Positions 1-15,400 of a DNA stretch of 64,000 nucleotides are shown piece by piece; position 1 is the stretch's first letter, and every line of letters starts with the position of its first letter. The notes under the pieces are model-generated. The model was not told where the DNA came from and did not search any database. It saw only the letters and a program-made list of their open reading frames with translations. A program made the translations under genes and the position numbers. The stretch comes from Phoronis australis (taxonomy: Eukaryota > Animalia > Phoronida): NCBI GenBank assembly GCA_002633005.1, contig NMRA01000219.1:415251-479250 (forward strand). Reading direction: 5' to 3'.

Positions 1-986
1 CATCAAACGTTCCACAGGGTAAAACATATGGTGGTCTTATGCAACTAAAATTTGAATTACAGAAAAGCTAGGACAACGGGTGCAGACGTTTTCTTGATAA
101 GAAGACCTCATTGGAGTACACGCGACAGTGTGTGTTATTCGGCACTTATTTTTCTACAGCAAATAAGTAAATTAAAACGTGTAAATCAAAAATTTCCTGA
201 ACTTATCGGTCAACGATTTTTTATTACAGCCATCCCTGTTAAATAATTATTAATCGAGCACGTCCAGTTTCAGAATATTTCGTTCCTGTTTATTTCACGG
301 GACATGCAATAAAGGTGATAAACTCACGTCTTCTCTCAAAAGCAATTGTTAATTTGACCACTTACCTTTTCAGCGCACACATATTGTTTCTTACTCAAAT
401 TATAAATGACCTGCAGGCTTGAGAATAATTGACAGATAGTTAGTTACTACTTCAAATTAGGTCCGTTAAGTTGCTTGCAAAGATTCAGTCGACAGGGCAG
501 TAAAATGTACATTCGTCAAGGTAATTCTAGCAGAATTAGAATTTCATAAAAATGCGACAACGCTGCTTACTGGTGCAGCTTACAACAGTGATTAACAAAA
601 ACATTGATTGCGATCATAACACAGTTTGGAAATCTTTCTGCCGTGAAAGTCTTAGCAGAAGTTCTAACACGACAAATCAGATTTTGACAAGTTGCTCGTT
701 TGTATATTTCGGTAAATTGATGAACAAACACAGTTCCTGTTAAAAAATCTTCGTTTCTTTGAAAGCTGGATCCCCACAAATTTGGGGTATGGTTTTAAGT
801 CAGGTAGAACGACAATTTCGCCATTTAGATTAACTGTTTTTGAAAACTGAAATTACCATATCACGAAAAGTCGGCACCTTTAATTTTGTATAAGACTTTC
901 AAATATGTATTTGAAAACTGGAAGGGATGTGAAAACACGAAACTTTGTTAAACGTTGTCCATACCCGAAGCAAAATTCCTGAGGCG

Positions 987-1330
987 TTAAAAAGGATACC
1001 AAACTCTGTTTTGATGATTTCAACCAATCTACGTTCCGTCATCTGCTACTGCATCATTGGTGTTTACGTTACAAGTTAAAGACACTGGCAGGAATCAACT
1101 AAAAACTCAATACTCGCTATGTCTCAGATTGGACAATACGATGGTCCTTGGGGGGTGGTCTTTTACCACAGTTGCGGCCATGTAATACGCTAAAAGCGTA
1201 AGTCACGCTTGCTTTTGAAGCAGATTTTGAAAGTTTTCATCCAAATCTTTGGGATATGTTGATAGAGCGTTATTTTGTTTCAGAGAACTGGATGGGAAAG
1301 TCATTTTTGTATATGATAATAAGCCAAAAC
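987..1330 (+). repeat. Dispersed repeat, copy 1 (copy 2 at about 5007-5355)
   Basis: Shared blocks ctgttttgatgat.tcaaccaatc, gcaggaatcaac, ggtggtcttt..ccacagttg, gtttcagagaactgg.tggga. Confidence 0.75.
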
Positions 1331-4076
1331 CGGGTTTGGCATCCTTTTAAATGAAAGATTCCAAGCTCAGGTGAAAAAACAAACATACTTGTATAGATTG
1401 CAAGTCACGTCTTTGCCCTCAACACCCATCGCAAATAATAAAGAATGAGAAGTCAAAACGAAGTGTCATGTACTCAAGTATTGGACGCTTTTACCAGAAA
1501 CTTGCGAATAACGTCTTACCTTTGCCGAATTGAAATGCTTTGCCGAAAATAGCGAAATAGAAAACACGTTCTTATACATGAGAACATCTATAGTTAATCA
1601 AAACATTGCATGAAAGACAAGAAAACGTTCTATAAGGCAGTGTCCACGAAAAAAACACAACAAAAAGGCGGGTAATCAAAACTGGTCGAGTTTACTGGTA
1701 TGAAGCATAATCTATAATTTCATCAACCTCGGATAAGTGAACAGAATAAAAAATTCGAACTTCACTTCTTAAAAAAAAATACAAATAATATAATTCTCGG
1801 ATAAACACTTGAAGAAGTTACACAGCACAAAAACCGATTTTGACGTCATGTTCCCCGAAAATTTCATGACGAGTAAAAAGCAGAAGTACAAACTTCTATA
1901 TAACGCCATGGTTGGAGTTCGTTGGAAAAAAACACGACCGATCTTGTTTTTACAAGTTGAACGCTATTGGAGTAGGCCTATGTTGAATAAACCGGTTGAG
2001 GTAGATGACTCGAGATAGATGACTGATTCAGTTCAAAGTGATTATGATTTTTACAAAGTTAATTCAAGACAAAGATTTTAACAGCGTTTTGAAACACATG
2101 GCACGTCCCTGAAGTGCGCCTCACACTCACATGCGGCGCTAGTATCTTATAGAAGTACAGCGTTAATAGCCTACACATTTAGACCCAAGCGTCTACATGT
2201 TAAACTTTATCCATTATGAGGCGCACGCAACACACGCCACAAAAGCCAGTTAGTTTTGGTCTGTAACCTCACTCGCTTTGAGATCCGCGGTCACCGACCG
2301 CAACAACTTTGAGCCAAAATAGTTTGGTGCTTTTTCTGTACAAAGCACATAAACATGGTTTAAAAAGCAACCCTTTTATCGACGATCGAATCTTATATTA
2401 TTTGCCAGATAAAGCGGCTATACACCCCACGTTCCCTCCGAGAAACAAACAACTGATGTAGACAAAAACGAATACATGAGCAGACAGTAATACAATCAAT
2501 TTATTGAAGCACAATGACATGACAATAACAATGGAAATGGCGATTAGTCAAACAGGTAAAAACAAAAACTTAAGTCTGACAGTCTATTAAAACTCAGCGA
2601 GTCACTTCCATGAATACATATAGAATAGAAAAAGACATCTAATTTTTAAATACAAAAAGCATCTGGTTTAATAGCCACAATGCATTTTTATGTTCAAATA
2701 CCATAACCTGTAAATATGTTTAAAAAAATACAGAAGAAGAAAATGGTCGATTTTAAATCTTGACTAAAAAGTTTCAGATCAATATCAAGTAGCAGTTACA
2801 CATGAAGTTGTTCTTGTATAAAAAATCCTTCAGAAGGTAAAGATAAAACATGATCCCAGCACTCACTGCTAGCAACTGGCTTTGCCATAAAACTAATTAA
2901 AATTTTTAAGTTTTGAGTCTTAGACCATTTACATTTATTAAAGGGGTCTCAGTTGTTCATTTTTCACATGAGAAATGGCCCCTAGGTTGACAGTTTGTCA
3001 CTACACAGATCATGCTTAGCCCAGAAAAATGTGAAGAGGAGACAAGCCAACATGTCAAGCCATGCTCTGAGCAAACAGGAACTGACATTCATTTTCATCT
3101 CTAATTTGAGTGAAGGACAAGTTGACTGCAAGTTAGTCTGGACACACGGCAAGTTTATATGTGATTTAAGTGGGTCTCAACCAATGCCTTGCCTGAGTAG
3201 TTTAGAAAGATTGGTGAGTTGAAAGGTATAGCAGAGCATTTTTAAAGACTGGACAGATCTGTCAATTTGATTTAAATTTGGGAATAAGAGTTACTACCTA
3301 GATGGATAGAAAGCAGCTTAGAGGTTGATAAATTATCCTTTAGAACAAACCATGGCCATGCAGAATTTATGTTTTATAGCAGTAACCATTAAACAGAAAA
3401 AGGAAAAACATTAACTTCTTGTGAATTTTGTGAAGGCTTTTTTGTTAGGAGCAGTTTGTTCTTTTCTTACCCTAATAGAATTTTTTCTGAACAAGTCTGT
3501 GATTGTCTCAAATGTGATCATTTACAGTTTGATTCCACTGATAAAAGATTATATCATTTTAATGTAAACCACCACCATAACATCTATATAGAATCTAGTA
3601 ACATTCAGTGTTTACCTAGGCACAACAGTCATTAATCTGAATTTGATAACTAACATAGTGTCACCAAGGGATGTGACATGTGACATTGACTCTCATTACC
3701 AACTAGTGGCAAGAACATGGCATCGATAAAACATACAAAATTTTGACCACAACACAACACTGAGGGCAGCAAGGAACTCCAGCAATTATTGAGATACACC
3801 TGTACCCAGTGTCTAATCTTTGTACTTGGAATGGAACTTAAAACTATTTTTGACCATTTTCCAGTCTACTTTTGAGCAAATTCAAGATAAATATCTATTA
3901 TTTGTGTGCTTCCACAGTTTTTGTTGATTAATGTCCATCCTAGTTTGCACTCAATGACCCCTAGATTCAATTCAAGTTACAATCTCATTAAAAATTTGAG
4001 ATTTTGTGTAAAAACTCAAAACTTAAAATTCTGACTATAACTTGTATAGTGTTAATGCTGGGGTCATCAAGTGCAA

Positions 4077-4253
4077 GCTAGCAGTAGACAGTTACCCATG
4101 TACACCATAGTGTGCTAGCAGTAGACAGTTACCCATGTACACCATAGTGTGCTAGCAGTAGACAGTTACCCATGTACACCATAGTGTGCTAGCAGTAGAC
4201 AGTTACCCATGTACACCATAGTGTGCTAGCAGTAGACAGTTACCCATGTACAC
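4077..4253. repeat. 37-bp minisatellite, about 4.8 identical copies
   Basis: Unit gctagcagtagacagttacccatgtacaccatagtgt starting at 4077, 4114, 4151, 4188 and 4225. Confidence 0.95.
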
Positions 4254-5006
4254 ATGTACATGTACCTGAGCACAGAATAGTAGACACAAAGAAGTAGAAC
4301 GTAGAATGCCAACAATAATTTTGAGTTTGATTTCTAACACAAATTAGATTTGACCCACAAATTTATTTTAACTAGTTCCATTATAGTGATCTCAAGAGAC
4401 AATTTCTGAACACTGTGGACAACTCTTGACTAATTGTCTGACTCAAAACATCGAACACAGGTAAATTTTAATATATATCTCATCGTCAACACTACTTCTC
4501 CAGTGACACTGGGAAAACATTCACATCAGCTGACGACAGGGCTGGAGCAAAAAAAGCAGTGACTTCTTCCTCTTTATTTCAAATCAACAGCATGAAAATT
4601 ACTGACATGACTGTTAGTCTCCATGATGAACGAATTAATGGAATGCTTAAAACATTTATTGAGCAGCGTAAAATAAAAATCAGAAAGCTATTATAACACA
4701 ACAACAAATCTGCTGTCATGGAGCTGGTGCAACAAGAAATACGTGGAAGATCTGAGATGTAAAAATAAATGGCTACACAAAAAGGTACCGTAAAATTTCA
4801 CCAATTTAGGACAAAAATAATCGGCAAAATTAATATTTTTTCACTTTTCAAAAGCTAACAATGTTGCGAATACCTACAGTTTTTCAAAATACAATCTAGA
4901 GGTATTAACGACATTAAACTTAAATATGATGACACATTTATTCCATGCCCCTCTCCTTAAATATGTCACACAATTTTTACTTATCCACGATACTGTATTC
5001 TAAATT

Positions 5007-5355
5007 GTTAAAAGGACATTAAACCCTGTTTTGATGATGTCAACCAATCCTCGTTCTGTCACATGCTAACGCATCATAGTCATCAATTTTGAAAGAAAAA
5101 AGCAGGAATCAACAAAAACTCATACCCCCTAATTCACAAACTGGACATTATAGTCCTTGATGGGTGGTCTTTTCCCACAGTTGATGTCTACTTTGCTAAA
5201 AGTGTAGGTTACGCTTGTCCGTTTGGCAGACTTTGAAAGAAGTTTTCAAAATTTTCCTCCAAGCTTTTGAGGGTTGTCAAGGTTACATACCATTATTTCG
5301 TTTCAGAGAACTGGGTGGGAAAGTCGTATTTAGTATCTGTTAATAGGCCAAAACA
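5007..5355 (+). repeat. Dispersed repeat, copy 2
   Basis: Colinear with 987-1330. Confidence 0.75.
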
Positions 5356-6341
5356 CGCTAGAAACAGAAACATGTCCCACACAGAATCTTACAATAAGAC
5401 ACGATGTCAAAAGCAAAAATCAATTCTCAGTTCTTACAAGCCAAGAAATCACATCTCGTCTTCCTAATGAACAAGTCGAAACAAAATTTTTCATGGAAGG
5501 CAGTTTAAAGCAACACGCATTATCCCTATTTAAGTACTATCTCAAAGCAATTCACAATGTTGCCCGTCGATACTCTACCAATATGTAGCGCATCTACATT
5601 ATTGCCCAAGACATCTGTATTATTGCCCAAGACGTGTTGAATCAAAGGCAATACAAGCCATGTTCTGGTGTTCAAAATTTCAACTGACGCATTTGGCTTT
5701 ACTACTAAATCACCAAATCAACATCATCGCATTTTTATCCTTTGCTTGAAATGGAATTGAAAACGAATTAATTGATTGGAACTCCCCCACCGTCATAGTG
5801 ACTAAAAACAACTAGTCAGAATCAACATAATGAGCCTAGTTTGAAACAATTTGCTTGCCACTGTGAATTAGTTTCCTTCATCAAAGCAGTGTCGTTGTCA
5901 AGGGAACTCCAAACATTTTACAAATGAAACCAATTTCAATTCAAATAAAGGATAAGATGATGTTGCTTCATAAAGCAGTGGTAGAATCGGTTCCTTAGAC
6001 GTGACTCGAAATTCCAGTTACGATACCAGCTCAACCCCAGAGTTTTGATCCCAGGAATGAAGTTTTGTCATCAGGTATGGATTATTTTTGGTGGGTGTGT
6101 GCAGTTTAGGGGCACCAGTATGGAATTTGAACCATCTGGGGCTTTCAGGTGCTTGTCAGGGACTAGGGTTTAGGGGATCAAAAATGGAATTTAGAGGCGC
6201 GCCTGTGAAGGAAGTTGATTTTGACACCGGAGCAAGGTTTGCAGCAACTTTAAATCTTTAGATTTAATAATTCAGTGATAATTTTAACCAAAATGCTATA
6301 ATGAAACAGCTCAATGGTAACCCCGCTTGACACTTGGTACC

Positions 6342-6468
6342 TCAGTCCTCCTCATCACCATAAATCTCTTCTTTTTTTTCCAACTCATCATCTGTGAACT
6401 TTACTAGCAGTTCATCAAATGATTCTCCCATGACAGTGGCCCTCAAACTAAGCCATATCATCTGAACA
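6342..6468 (-). CDS. GGCX: GGCX last coding exon ([21 protein letters not shown]...IYGDEED*)
   Basis: 127 nt, ttttcag acceptor, phase 2, TGA at 6344-6342. Confidence 0.8.
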
Positions 6469-9400
6469 CTGAAAAGAAAACACAATTGCCCCAGACCTGT
6501 TACTACTCATTAAATCTCACAAGTCGACTCAGCAGTGTCCATGATCTACAACTTTGGCCTCAAAAACAATCTTCAATTCATTTATAAGACATATTTGACA
6601 ATGACTCTCTGCTAGAAAAAATGATTTCCCATGGAGACAAGTCTTTACTATTTAACTTTACATAGCATGCACAATTTGGAACAACAATAAGGCATGGTCA
6701 TTAATTAGGTTGGGATGGGCAGATGTTACAGTCACAAGGCATCCAATCATACTTGGTCTAATTCAAACTTAATTATCGGATTTTTATCACAAATGTTAAA
6801 ATTTATGTTACATATTTAACATACCTTCTTGTTGCCATGACGTGCTTCCTTCTCAGAATTTTCTTAGCAGACTCCAAAAATTTCTGCAGAATGGTCTGAG
6901 CTTTCTTAGCCTCGACTTTTTCCTTGTTGATCAAAGCGTGTTTGTAGAATGATTCCGTTGGGTCGCTGTCAGACAGGGCCTCTGCAAGAAAGGCAAGTAC
7001 AATGATGGCAACCTCTGCCAAACTGTTGACACCCATGGGCTGTCAAAAATGAAATTTCAGCTAGACGATTCAGCACACTTTAATGAGAGTCTCATTTGAT
7101 AAGTCCTAGTTACGTTCTCAGGAATAACTGACTGGCAAATCACAAATTTCTGACAGTCTATAAACTGCGGCATTTCTAATATTGTTAACCCAAGAACTGT
7201 AATTGGCTCATTGTGTGAACATAAAGGAACTCATCTTGTGGCAAAAGTTTGATATTTTTATTTCTGCTCTCGGTGACAGAACTTGAGGTGCATTCTGTAT
7301 ATTACTCAAGATGCTGGCAAAAGACTTGTGGGAAATATTCAATTGTGGAACAAAAAAGTGAATTTTTCCCATAATTCAAAATTCTAGGCACATCAACCAA
7401 TCACTTCAGCGGTTCTTACAAGCTCACTCGCCTTTCGCATGCGTGACTTTGCGAGGTCATAGGTGATCTTGCTTTTGTGCCAGTTTCATGACATTGTATG
7501 CACGGCTCATATAGCACTTGCAGTAGTTTGTAGTATTGTAGAGTACAAATCCCAACCACTACATATCATTCATAGTTGCCACTGGGAAAATGTTTTGTTG
7601 TGCCGAATGGCACATGAACCTGCCCCTCAGAGGACAGTACAGATACTTGAATTCATATTTGGGTTTCCGTTAACCACACAACACACACCCAGCATATTGG
7701 CCCCTTTGTCAGGAAGAGTGCACGGAGACTCCCTGATCCAAAGTATGCACAGTTTTAAAATTCAAATTTTGTTGAGAAACTAATTGTGAATCTTCATGAA
7801 ATCCTTTAATCAAATAATAATTATCCTCAAAGACAAAGTCTGTTGACCACCATTTTTGTGCTTTGAAAATGAATTTTAAAAAAACCATGAACTGCATGCA
7901 ACGTATTGTTTGAACTATGTAATACTCTTCAGCTCTATTCCCAGAAAAGTGTATCAAATGTTCGATTTATTGTCAAACAATGGAAATGAAATCCTCTTCA
8001 AAACAGTGTCACAAATCTCCATTTTCTTCTGGCATATTCTTCATTGCCTGAAGGTAAATAATGAAACATTCTTCTCTTCACTACAGACCATGGATATAAA
8101 TGGGCAAAATTCTGAGTTAATACAGATTCTGTGAAATCATAGGTTGTTCAAAACAGGTAAAACCATCAAAAACCAAAGGCCTGGAAATAGCCAATTATGA
8201 CGAGCCCAATAGTTGGAACTCAAGTGAGGTCGTATCATGAACTCAAATAATTGGGGCATGAAAATACTGTGCAGACAACAAGAGATAAATATATAATTGT
8301 ACTTATTGTATTTTTTTACAAATCATCGATGACTGTAATGGAATCACAGCAGAAAAAGCTCCTCACCATATGTCTTATTCTGCGCTTTCAATCTCTCTTC
8401 CATCAATGTCAGGTTCTTTACAAACTCGACTTCGGTCGTGTTCACAAAGATATACATATAGCAAGATGGAGTAGAAGAGATAGTGTGAACTGTGTGAAAC
8501 TGACCAGCTGGCATCTGAAACCATGAATCTTCAACTGTCAAGATGGCAACTCTACATTGTTACTCCAGCATATAGTGGCACTACTGTAATTCTCCGCTAA
8601 TTTTGCACAGAAATAATAATTTTCCGCATTTCTGAAGCCGAATCTTATTTTACTGAAAATAATGGAAAATTTGCCAAAAGTTGTTTTGACTTCTACTCAG
8701 TACAAACTATGCTAGTAAAAGACTAAAATTTTCTTAATCTTTATTTCAGTGGAGAAATTTTACAAAATACAATTTCACTTATCAACTATATTGTGTGCTA
8801 AATAAGCGAAGATCAATTATAGTATTTTGTACGGTTACAGCAGGACATTTACTATTTCAACATATTTTAAATTTCCACTTAAACCAGTTAATTAAAAGCA
8901 ACAAGTTTCAAGACTGAAATCGCTATACATTTAGTCAACACTGTCTTGCCAGACTACCCTAAGAAAAAAAACCTCTGCAGAGAGTGGGTCCGAAATTCAT
9001 CAAAATGCAGAACTCACCTGGAGTTTATCTCCCTTGTTGAGCGTGTGATTTTTTCCATTTCTTATCTCAACATTTACTTGTCCGTGCAGTACAGTCAAAC
9101 TGGTGTTACTATAATCAGGCTGAACGTAATTCTCCAAGGAAAGGCCTGCATTAGATAACGTGTTGGGATGCATTATAACCAATAAGAATTGTATACAGAC
9201 AAACTTACCAATTCAGGACATAACGTGGCAGATGGGTGAAATTTTATTTTCTCATTGGGTAACACTAAAACAATGCTCTGCCATGTTCAAGGTCTTTACC
9301 ATACTGAGTTACCAACAAAAATATTTTAAAGACTGCCATGTGACTATTCAAAATGATGTCAGGAGACCTTGAAAAATGATAATTCTGGCAATTATTTTTG

Positions 9401-12400
9401 TTCAAAATATTTGATATTTTACCGTACTCTGTTAGCTCTTCGGAGAAAGGCATCAGGCACAAAATGTTAATAGACAAATTAGTCCCAGCAAGATTATTAA
9501 CATATTACTAAGTTTTTATTATAATTGACACTCACCTGGGAAATCTGCCACAAACACGACATCAGTATCATTCGTTCCTTCAAATATATTCCTTTCCGTT
9601 TCAATCAGTTTATCTCGCCAATCTGTCAGGCCAACCAACAGGGGCATGCCCCAGCTAGTGTCTTTAAAAGGGTGCCACTCTGCTTCAATAACATTAACTC
9701 TGGGGTCAAAGTTTCTGAAAGATTGCGAAAAAGTTTGTAAAAGGCAAAGAATGTTTTTTTAGCTTTTTATAAAATCGCGAGCTACATTGTATTTCCCAAC
9801 CAGCAACTATGAACACTTCTTACTAATTAGGATTACAATAGACACTTACCACAGCGCCAACCACTTCAATGACCAGCTTCAGTTGTTTGAGGATTAGGAA
9901 ACAGAGATGGGTGTTGCGACAATCACTGCCTATTTGTGGCAATGTGGTTATTTCCTGCCCATTTTAGACACTGCAGCGGACTATAAAAACTGAACCCATC
10001 GTTGACAATTGAACTTTTTCATTGTTTGAATGGCAAACATCGGTTAATTGTAACGCAAGAAATCAAAAGATAGAAGCTTCGAGTTCCAATGTAACACTGT
10101 CAAAAATGCCCAGAAACCTCTATTGAAGAAACTGTGAACAAATCTGAGCATTTGAAACAACACTAAACCTTTGCTGGAATCTGTTGTTGAGTGACTTCCA
10201 CACATCAAAGTAGAGCTCCACATTCTTCATGCCATAGCTAGACGTCAGTCTTTGCTCTATACATGTTGCAACCTGCTTGAGCATATCTGCATGGGAGCAC
10301 CACCGCTTACTGTTTGAAAATGCCTGAAGTTCAAAAAACAGCAGATATGCTTGTGTCAATCAACACGCAGTTTCCAAAAAACAACATATTTTGACAATTC
10401 TGCTGAAAACAATATCCCTAAAGCATGATTCATAACCAGTCTTTGTCATGAACTTTCCTTTTAAATTTTAATCTTTTTATTTTGATAAAATTTGGTGACT
10501 TCCACAGCATTTCATCATGTTGCTGGTAACTAGAAACATTACTGTACATAAGAGACTGTGGCCTTACAGTTAGGTCCTGCACTTGGCTATCATGACAGAG
10601 TTAAACTCACAAGTAAGATCTTTTAATTTGAAAATTGCACTCAACTCCACAAACTCCGCTGCATAATCAGAAACCAAATAAAAAACCTTAATCTGCAGAT
10701 AAATTTCAGTTGGTTTTACGATACCCCGAGCATTTTTAATTTTTAGCAACTTCACTATAATCCAAGTGGATATCATTAATTGCTTCCATAGCGAGTTTCT
10801 CTCTAAAGAATGTCATATTTCAATCTAGCTCGAATCTGGTGATTGTTTTTCTTTAACTTTGGCACTGCATACAGTTTGAAAGATAATTATACAGATCCAC
10901 TGATTGGAGACAATGTCCTCAGAACCTCTATTAGAGTCGAACTGTGATAGAACAAGCCTTCCAAGTATGTTCCTTCACTACAATTAAATCAAATTGTGTA
11001 AAAGTCACTTCTAACAGTCGTGACTTTGAGTACCAGCTTCCTCCACTGAATATCCAACGTTTTGGTTGAGATATATACCAGACACTTAGTGTGAGACTAG
11101 TGTTACACTACCATGTGGTTGAGATTTGCACTAGATACTTCTAGTGTGAGAGTTGTGTTACATAACCTTGTGGTTGCTACATAAAACAGTAAGTTTTGTT
11201 GCAATACCTTGTGGTTGAGATAGCCTGTATCACCTGTGTCTTTATTGACATACGTAATCCTCACGTGTTGAGTTCTCCATGAATGAACCATCATGTCCCA
11301 AGAGTAGCCGTACAAACCATTAGTCCAGTTATTGTAACCCTGTGGAAGCATTGCACAAGTTAAATGCTAGTAATGAAACATTGAGCCTCATATAATTGCT
11401 GAGAAGTACTTTGTATTTTAAAGTAGGACTTCACCATACAAAAGAACCTTCAAATCACCGAGTTAAAAGTTATGTTAAACAGTATGTCTTTGAAAGCCCA
11501 AAAATTTTACACTTCAAAGAGCAATAAAAATTAGTTTGACGTCTCGGAAACACCCAGTGTTTTCCACAACCTGTTTTGACTCATCACTGCATCGAAATTG
11601 ATTTTGTTGTTTCGAGTTTGATTTACTTGCGCCAAGTTCCAAAAACGGATGCAATGAGTTTGAAGCATCAGGAGACAAGTAATTTTTAAGCAAATTACAA
11701 CATTTTGGATTTTTGTTACCAGCTCAATGTATTTATGCCAAGACCTAACTCACAAACTTTTCGCAGTATGGACATAGATTTTCAAACACGCACATGACTT
11801 TCATTATTCCAGTCAAGTTTGAATTTTCTGTTCTGGAGGACACTGCGTGTGAGCTTCATGGCACCCAACACAATAATTTGTAGCTTTGGTGTCGACTGGT
11901 AGACTGGGGTGGAACAGTTTGATAATGCTAGAATTTGTATGTGCCTTCCAACAATTTTTACCTTAAGTTTCTACAATCCAGACTTGAACCCCAAAGTTTG
12001 CAAATAACCAAAATGCAATGTTGTACTAACTTAAAGGCTAAGTAACCAGTGTGGTATACCTTTGTGATGAAGTGAGAGTAGGGGAGGAACAGCTGCAAAG
12101 AAATATGAAGCAGGACGCCAGCAAACACCACTCTGTGGTACCACCCAGTCTTACTCCTCTTTGTGACAACAGGGGGCAGCTTATCCTACACAAACAGAAT
12201 AATGGTGAATGCAAATCAACAGGTGAAACTAGTGCCTGGTACTTACAGCTGGTCTCTACTGTCTAACCACGGAAGCTACCCACACTATACAACAATGAAT
12301 GTCAGTAAAAACGCAGCCACTGGTTATATCAGCTGGTCGTATCATTAGGTTTTCAGAATTTGGAAAAAATCATATTCATAGTCATCCAATAATTTCTGTT

Positions 12401-15400
12401 CAATGTTTTTAAATTTTTAGAAAAACCATAAAAAGCAATAACAGTTGTACTTTGAACCATAGTAGAAGGCAGGCCTAGTACGACTCCAGTCAATGATCTT
12501 GCCTCCGCACCATGAGGTGAGATAATGATTCAAGCTAGTGTTTTGTTAAATATCCAATGATATTTACTTGTGCATAGCTGTTGTATTGATGATCTGAAGA
12601 GTCAGTCAGTAGAGTTGAAGGTCTTTGTTAACGTTCGACTTGGTCACAAATTATTCTGTTTGTATCACTACTTTGAGCAATACGTGTTCTCGGTTATCTC
12701 TCAAGGAGTTTTTTTGCTGTGGTTCGTCAAATAAACAACAACTACAACTAAACTATAGACACATGTCTCATTCCTCTCCATCATTACTAAACAGTTATCA
12801 CATGCTAGAAGAGTTAAGCTGCTATGTTTCAAAACTAATCATTTCTTCTAAATGCAAAATCAAAACAAACCAAAGCTCATTAAAGAAAAATGTGTGTATT
12901 TCCAATAATAAACTTTTGGCTATCAGATTGTGTGCCTGCGACATGCAAATTACCGCATGAATCTGAATTATTTGTTATATAATGAAAACAATAAATCATT
13001 ATAGCCTAGAAGGGAGAACAAATTTATTTAAGTAAAATCAGAGAAGAACAGGAAGAACCAGACCTTTTTCCTGTTTTCTTTTTCATCTTCGGGCTTGATT
13101 TCATCTTTCGGGTATATACAATGGGAACTGGGTTGAGGTTCACTGTCTAGAGGTAAGATTCCTTTCAACCGTGGTACTTTTTGTCCTATTACTTGGAATA
13201 TTGGTCTTGGCCAATCACAGTAACAGAATAATGGAAGTGTTGCCAACATCGTCCATGGAAACATCCCTGTAAACATTTAGTAATGGTCCCAGGCATTAAT
13301 TAATCAAAAAACGTAACGATCGATTAAAATGAACTCGAATGCGCTAAATCCTCAAAGAACTGACCTAAACAGGCGTGGCTAGTACTTACATTCACAACTG
13401 ACAATGGCGTCCATAATTTATAATGTTCACTAACAATACATTTATCTCATGTATGTGTAATTAATGCAGCCATGAAATACACCATCATGGAATAAGGTCT
13501 CGTTGGGACATTCCCAGGCGAAATGAATTCTTAATAGGAAATGCCAGTAGTATTCCTACGTAATAGGTTCATTAAGCAAGTCTTACGCTATCAGGATTAG
13601 CAGAAAGTAGACCAGAAAGCGTTAACTGTTTACCCCAGAGTATTCAGCTACTACCTTGGTACATCAAAGGCTTGATGGCAGCCTCACAAATGGAAGTGAG
13701 CTAGTCGCCATTTATGGGCCTGGCTGAATGTGTATTGATCAAGATAAATGGAGTCGTAAACCAACAGCCTGTTTAGCGTACTACTTTCAATAACGGCAAA
13801 TGAGGAACATGACTGTTTTTCAAAAGTGAAAAGTGAATATTAGCCGTCTTCGAATTTCTAAAATCGATGCACTATAAGAGAAATTACCGAGTAGAATTTC
13901 TTCAGCAGCATGGATCGCTTAGGCACTGGGGTAACAGAAACCTAAATGTTAGTGAAGGACTTGTAATCTAGTATATGAGATTTGTCACATAACAATTTAT
14001 TTCATGCAAAAACTTAAAACCAAAGAGAGAGAGAGTCACAAACTTACCAATGGCAAACATTGTTGAGTTCATAAGATGAAACTGAGCACCAAAAAATATT
14101 GCAAATGGACGTGTTGCATCGAAGAAGAGGAAGAATCCCAAGGTCAAATCAAGCACAAAGCCGGCGCCATGGACAATATATAGGTCTATCTGGTCGTTGG
14201 TTAAAAGAAGCCTGAAAAATGAAATTTATGATAATCACGCAGTCTCTGAGGTTGACATCAGATTAATGTTGAGGCCTAAAGGTGCCTTTTGTGTTTTGTA
14301 TAGTTCTCAGACTTCAATCTTATACAGTGTTTTGAGTGATAATCAAAATGTTACCTCAACCTTTGGAGCATCAAAAATGACTTCTTCAAAATATTTCTGT
14401 GTTACAAATAATTTGTCTCATTTTTGTCTAAAGCAACTTTACTCTTTGGCATTTCTCATAATATGTCTCATACAAATTTTAAATTAAAATAAGGGCACAC
14501 AAATTTTTTCCAATGCAATGATGATTAATCAATGCAAATTTTTAAAAATCACTCCACTCCACTAATAAAATAAAGAAAACCCTGCCGGCAACTATGCCGA
14601 AAACATGAACACTAAGATATAAGTGAAACGTTCAGGCAGCAGCACTGTTTGTCCAAATTTTTTCAATAAACAGGCCTTCCGTTTTTCAGCAGCAAATCAA
14701 AAGGCTTGTTACTAAGCAAACCAAGTCTTTCATATTTACAAAGTATCTGGTTATTAACTATCATTTTTTGTCATTTTCTCGTGTAAAAACCACGGCCAAA
14801 TAATACGACTGAGCTGAGCAGAGCTAACAAAGACTCAGGGTGACATTCCTGGAAAACGGTATTGTATAATTTATAAAATTGCAGTTTACAAACAAATACC
14901 CTTAAATCCTATTCCTCCCTGCAGACTCAGGGTGACATTCCTAGAAAAGGGTATTGTATCATTTATGAAATTGCAGTTTACAAACAAATACCCTTAAATC
15001 CTATTCCTCCCTGCGTAGACAAATACGACACATTTCTGTAGGAAAAAAGGTATGATCTAACATGGCACTGGATAAGTGTCGTGAAGACAGAAACATTTGG
15101 TCAAACACTCCTAAACTTCCACGTATGAAAACTGAGTGCATGCAGGACTGCTGACTGTAAGCAGTCCTTACAATCAGAGAGATGAGTCATTAAATAAATT
15201 ATGTAATCGCGGTAAAATGGAGTACTGTAGGATTATTTTTGGGGTGACAGTTATATCTTCATTTAGATTTAAAGTTATCAAAGACCAAGATGAGGCAGCG
15301 GTCACTAAGAAAAACTAGAGAAAGTAAAAAAAAATGTTTAGTACAATCACTGCATAGCACAGGGACAAGTGAAATCTTTGGACTAAAAATGGACATTATG

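Noticed and set aside
4077-4253. 37-bp repeat array resembling a CRISPR repeat length
   Set aside because: Units are head-to-tail with no unique spacers, the context is eukaryotic and there are no cas genes; it is a minisatellite.
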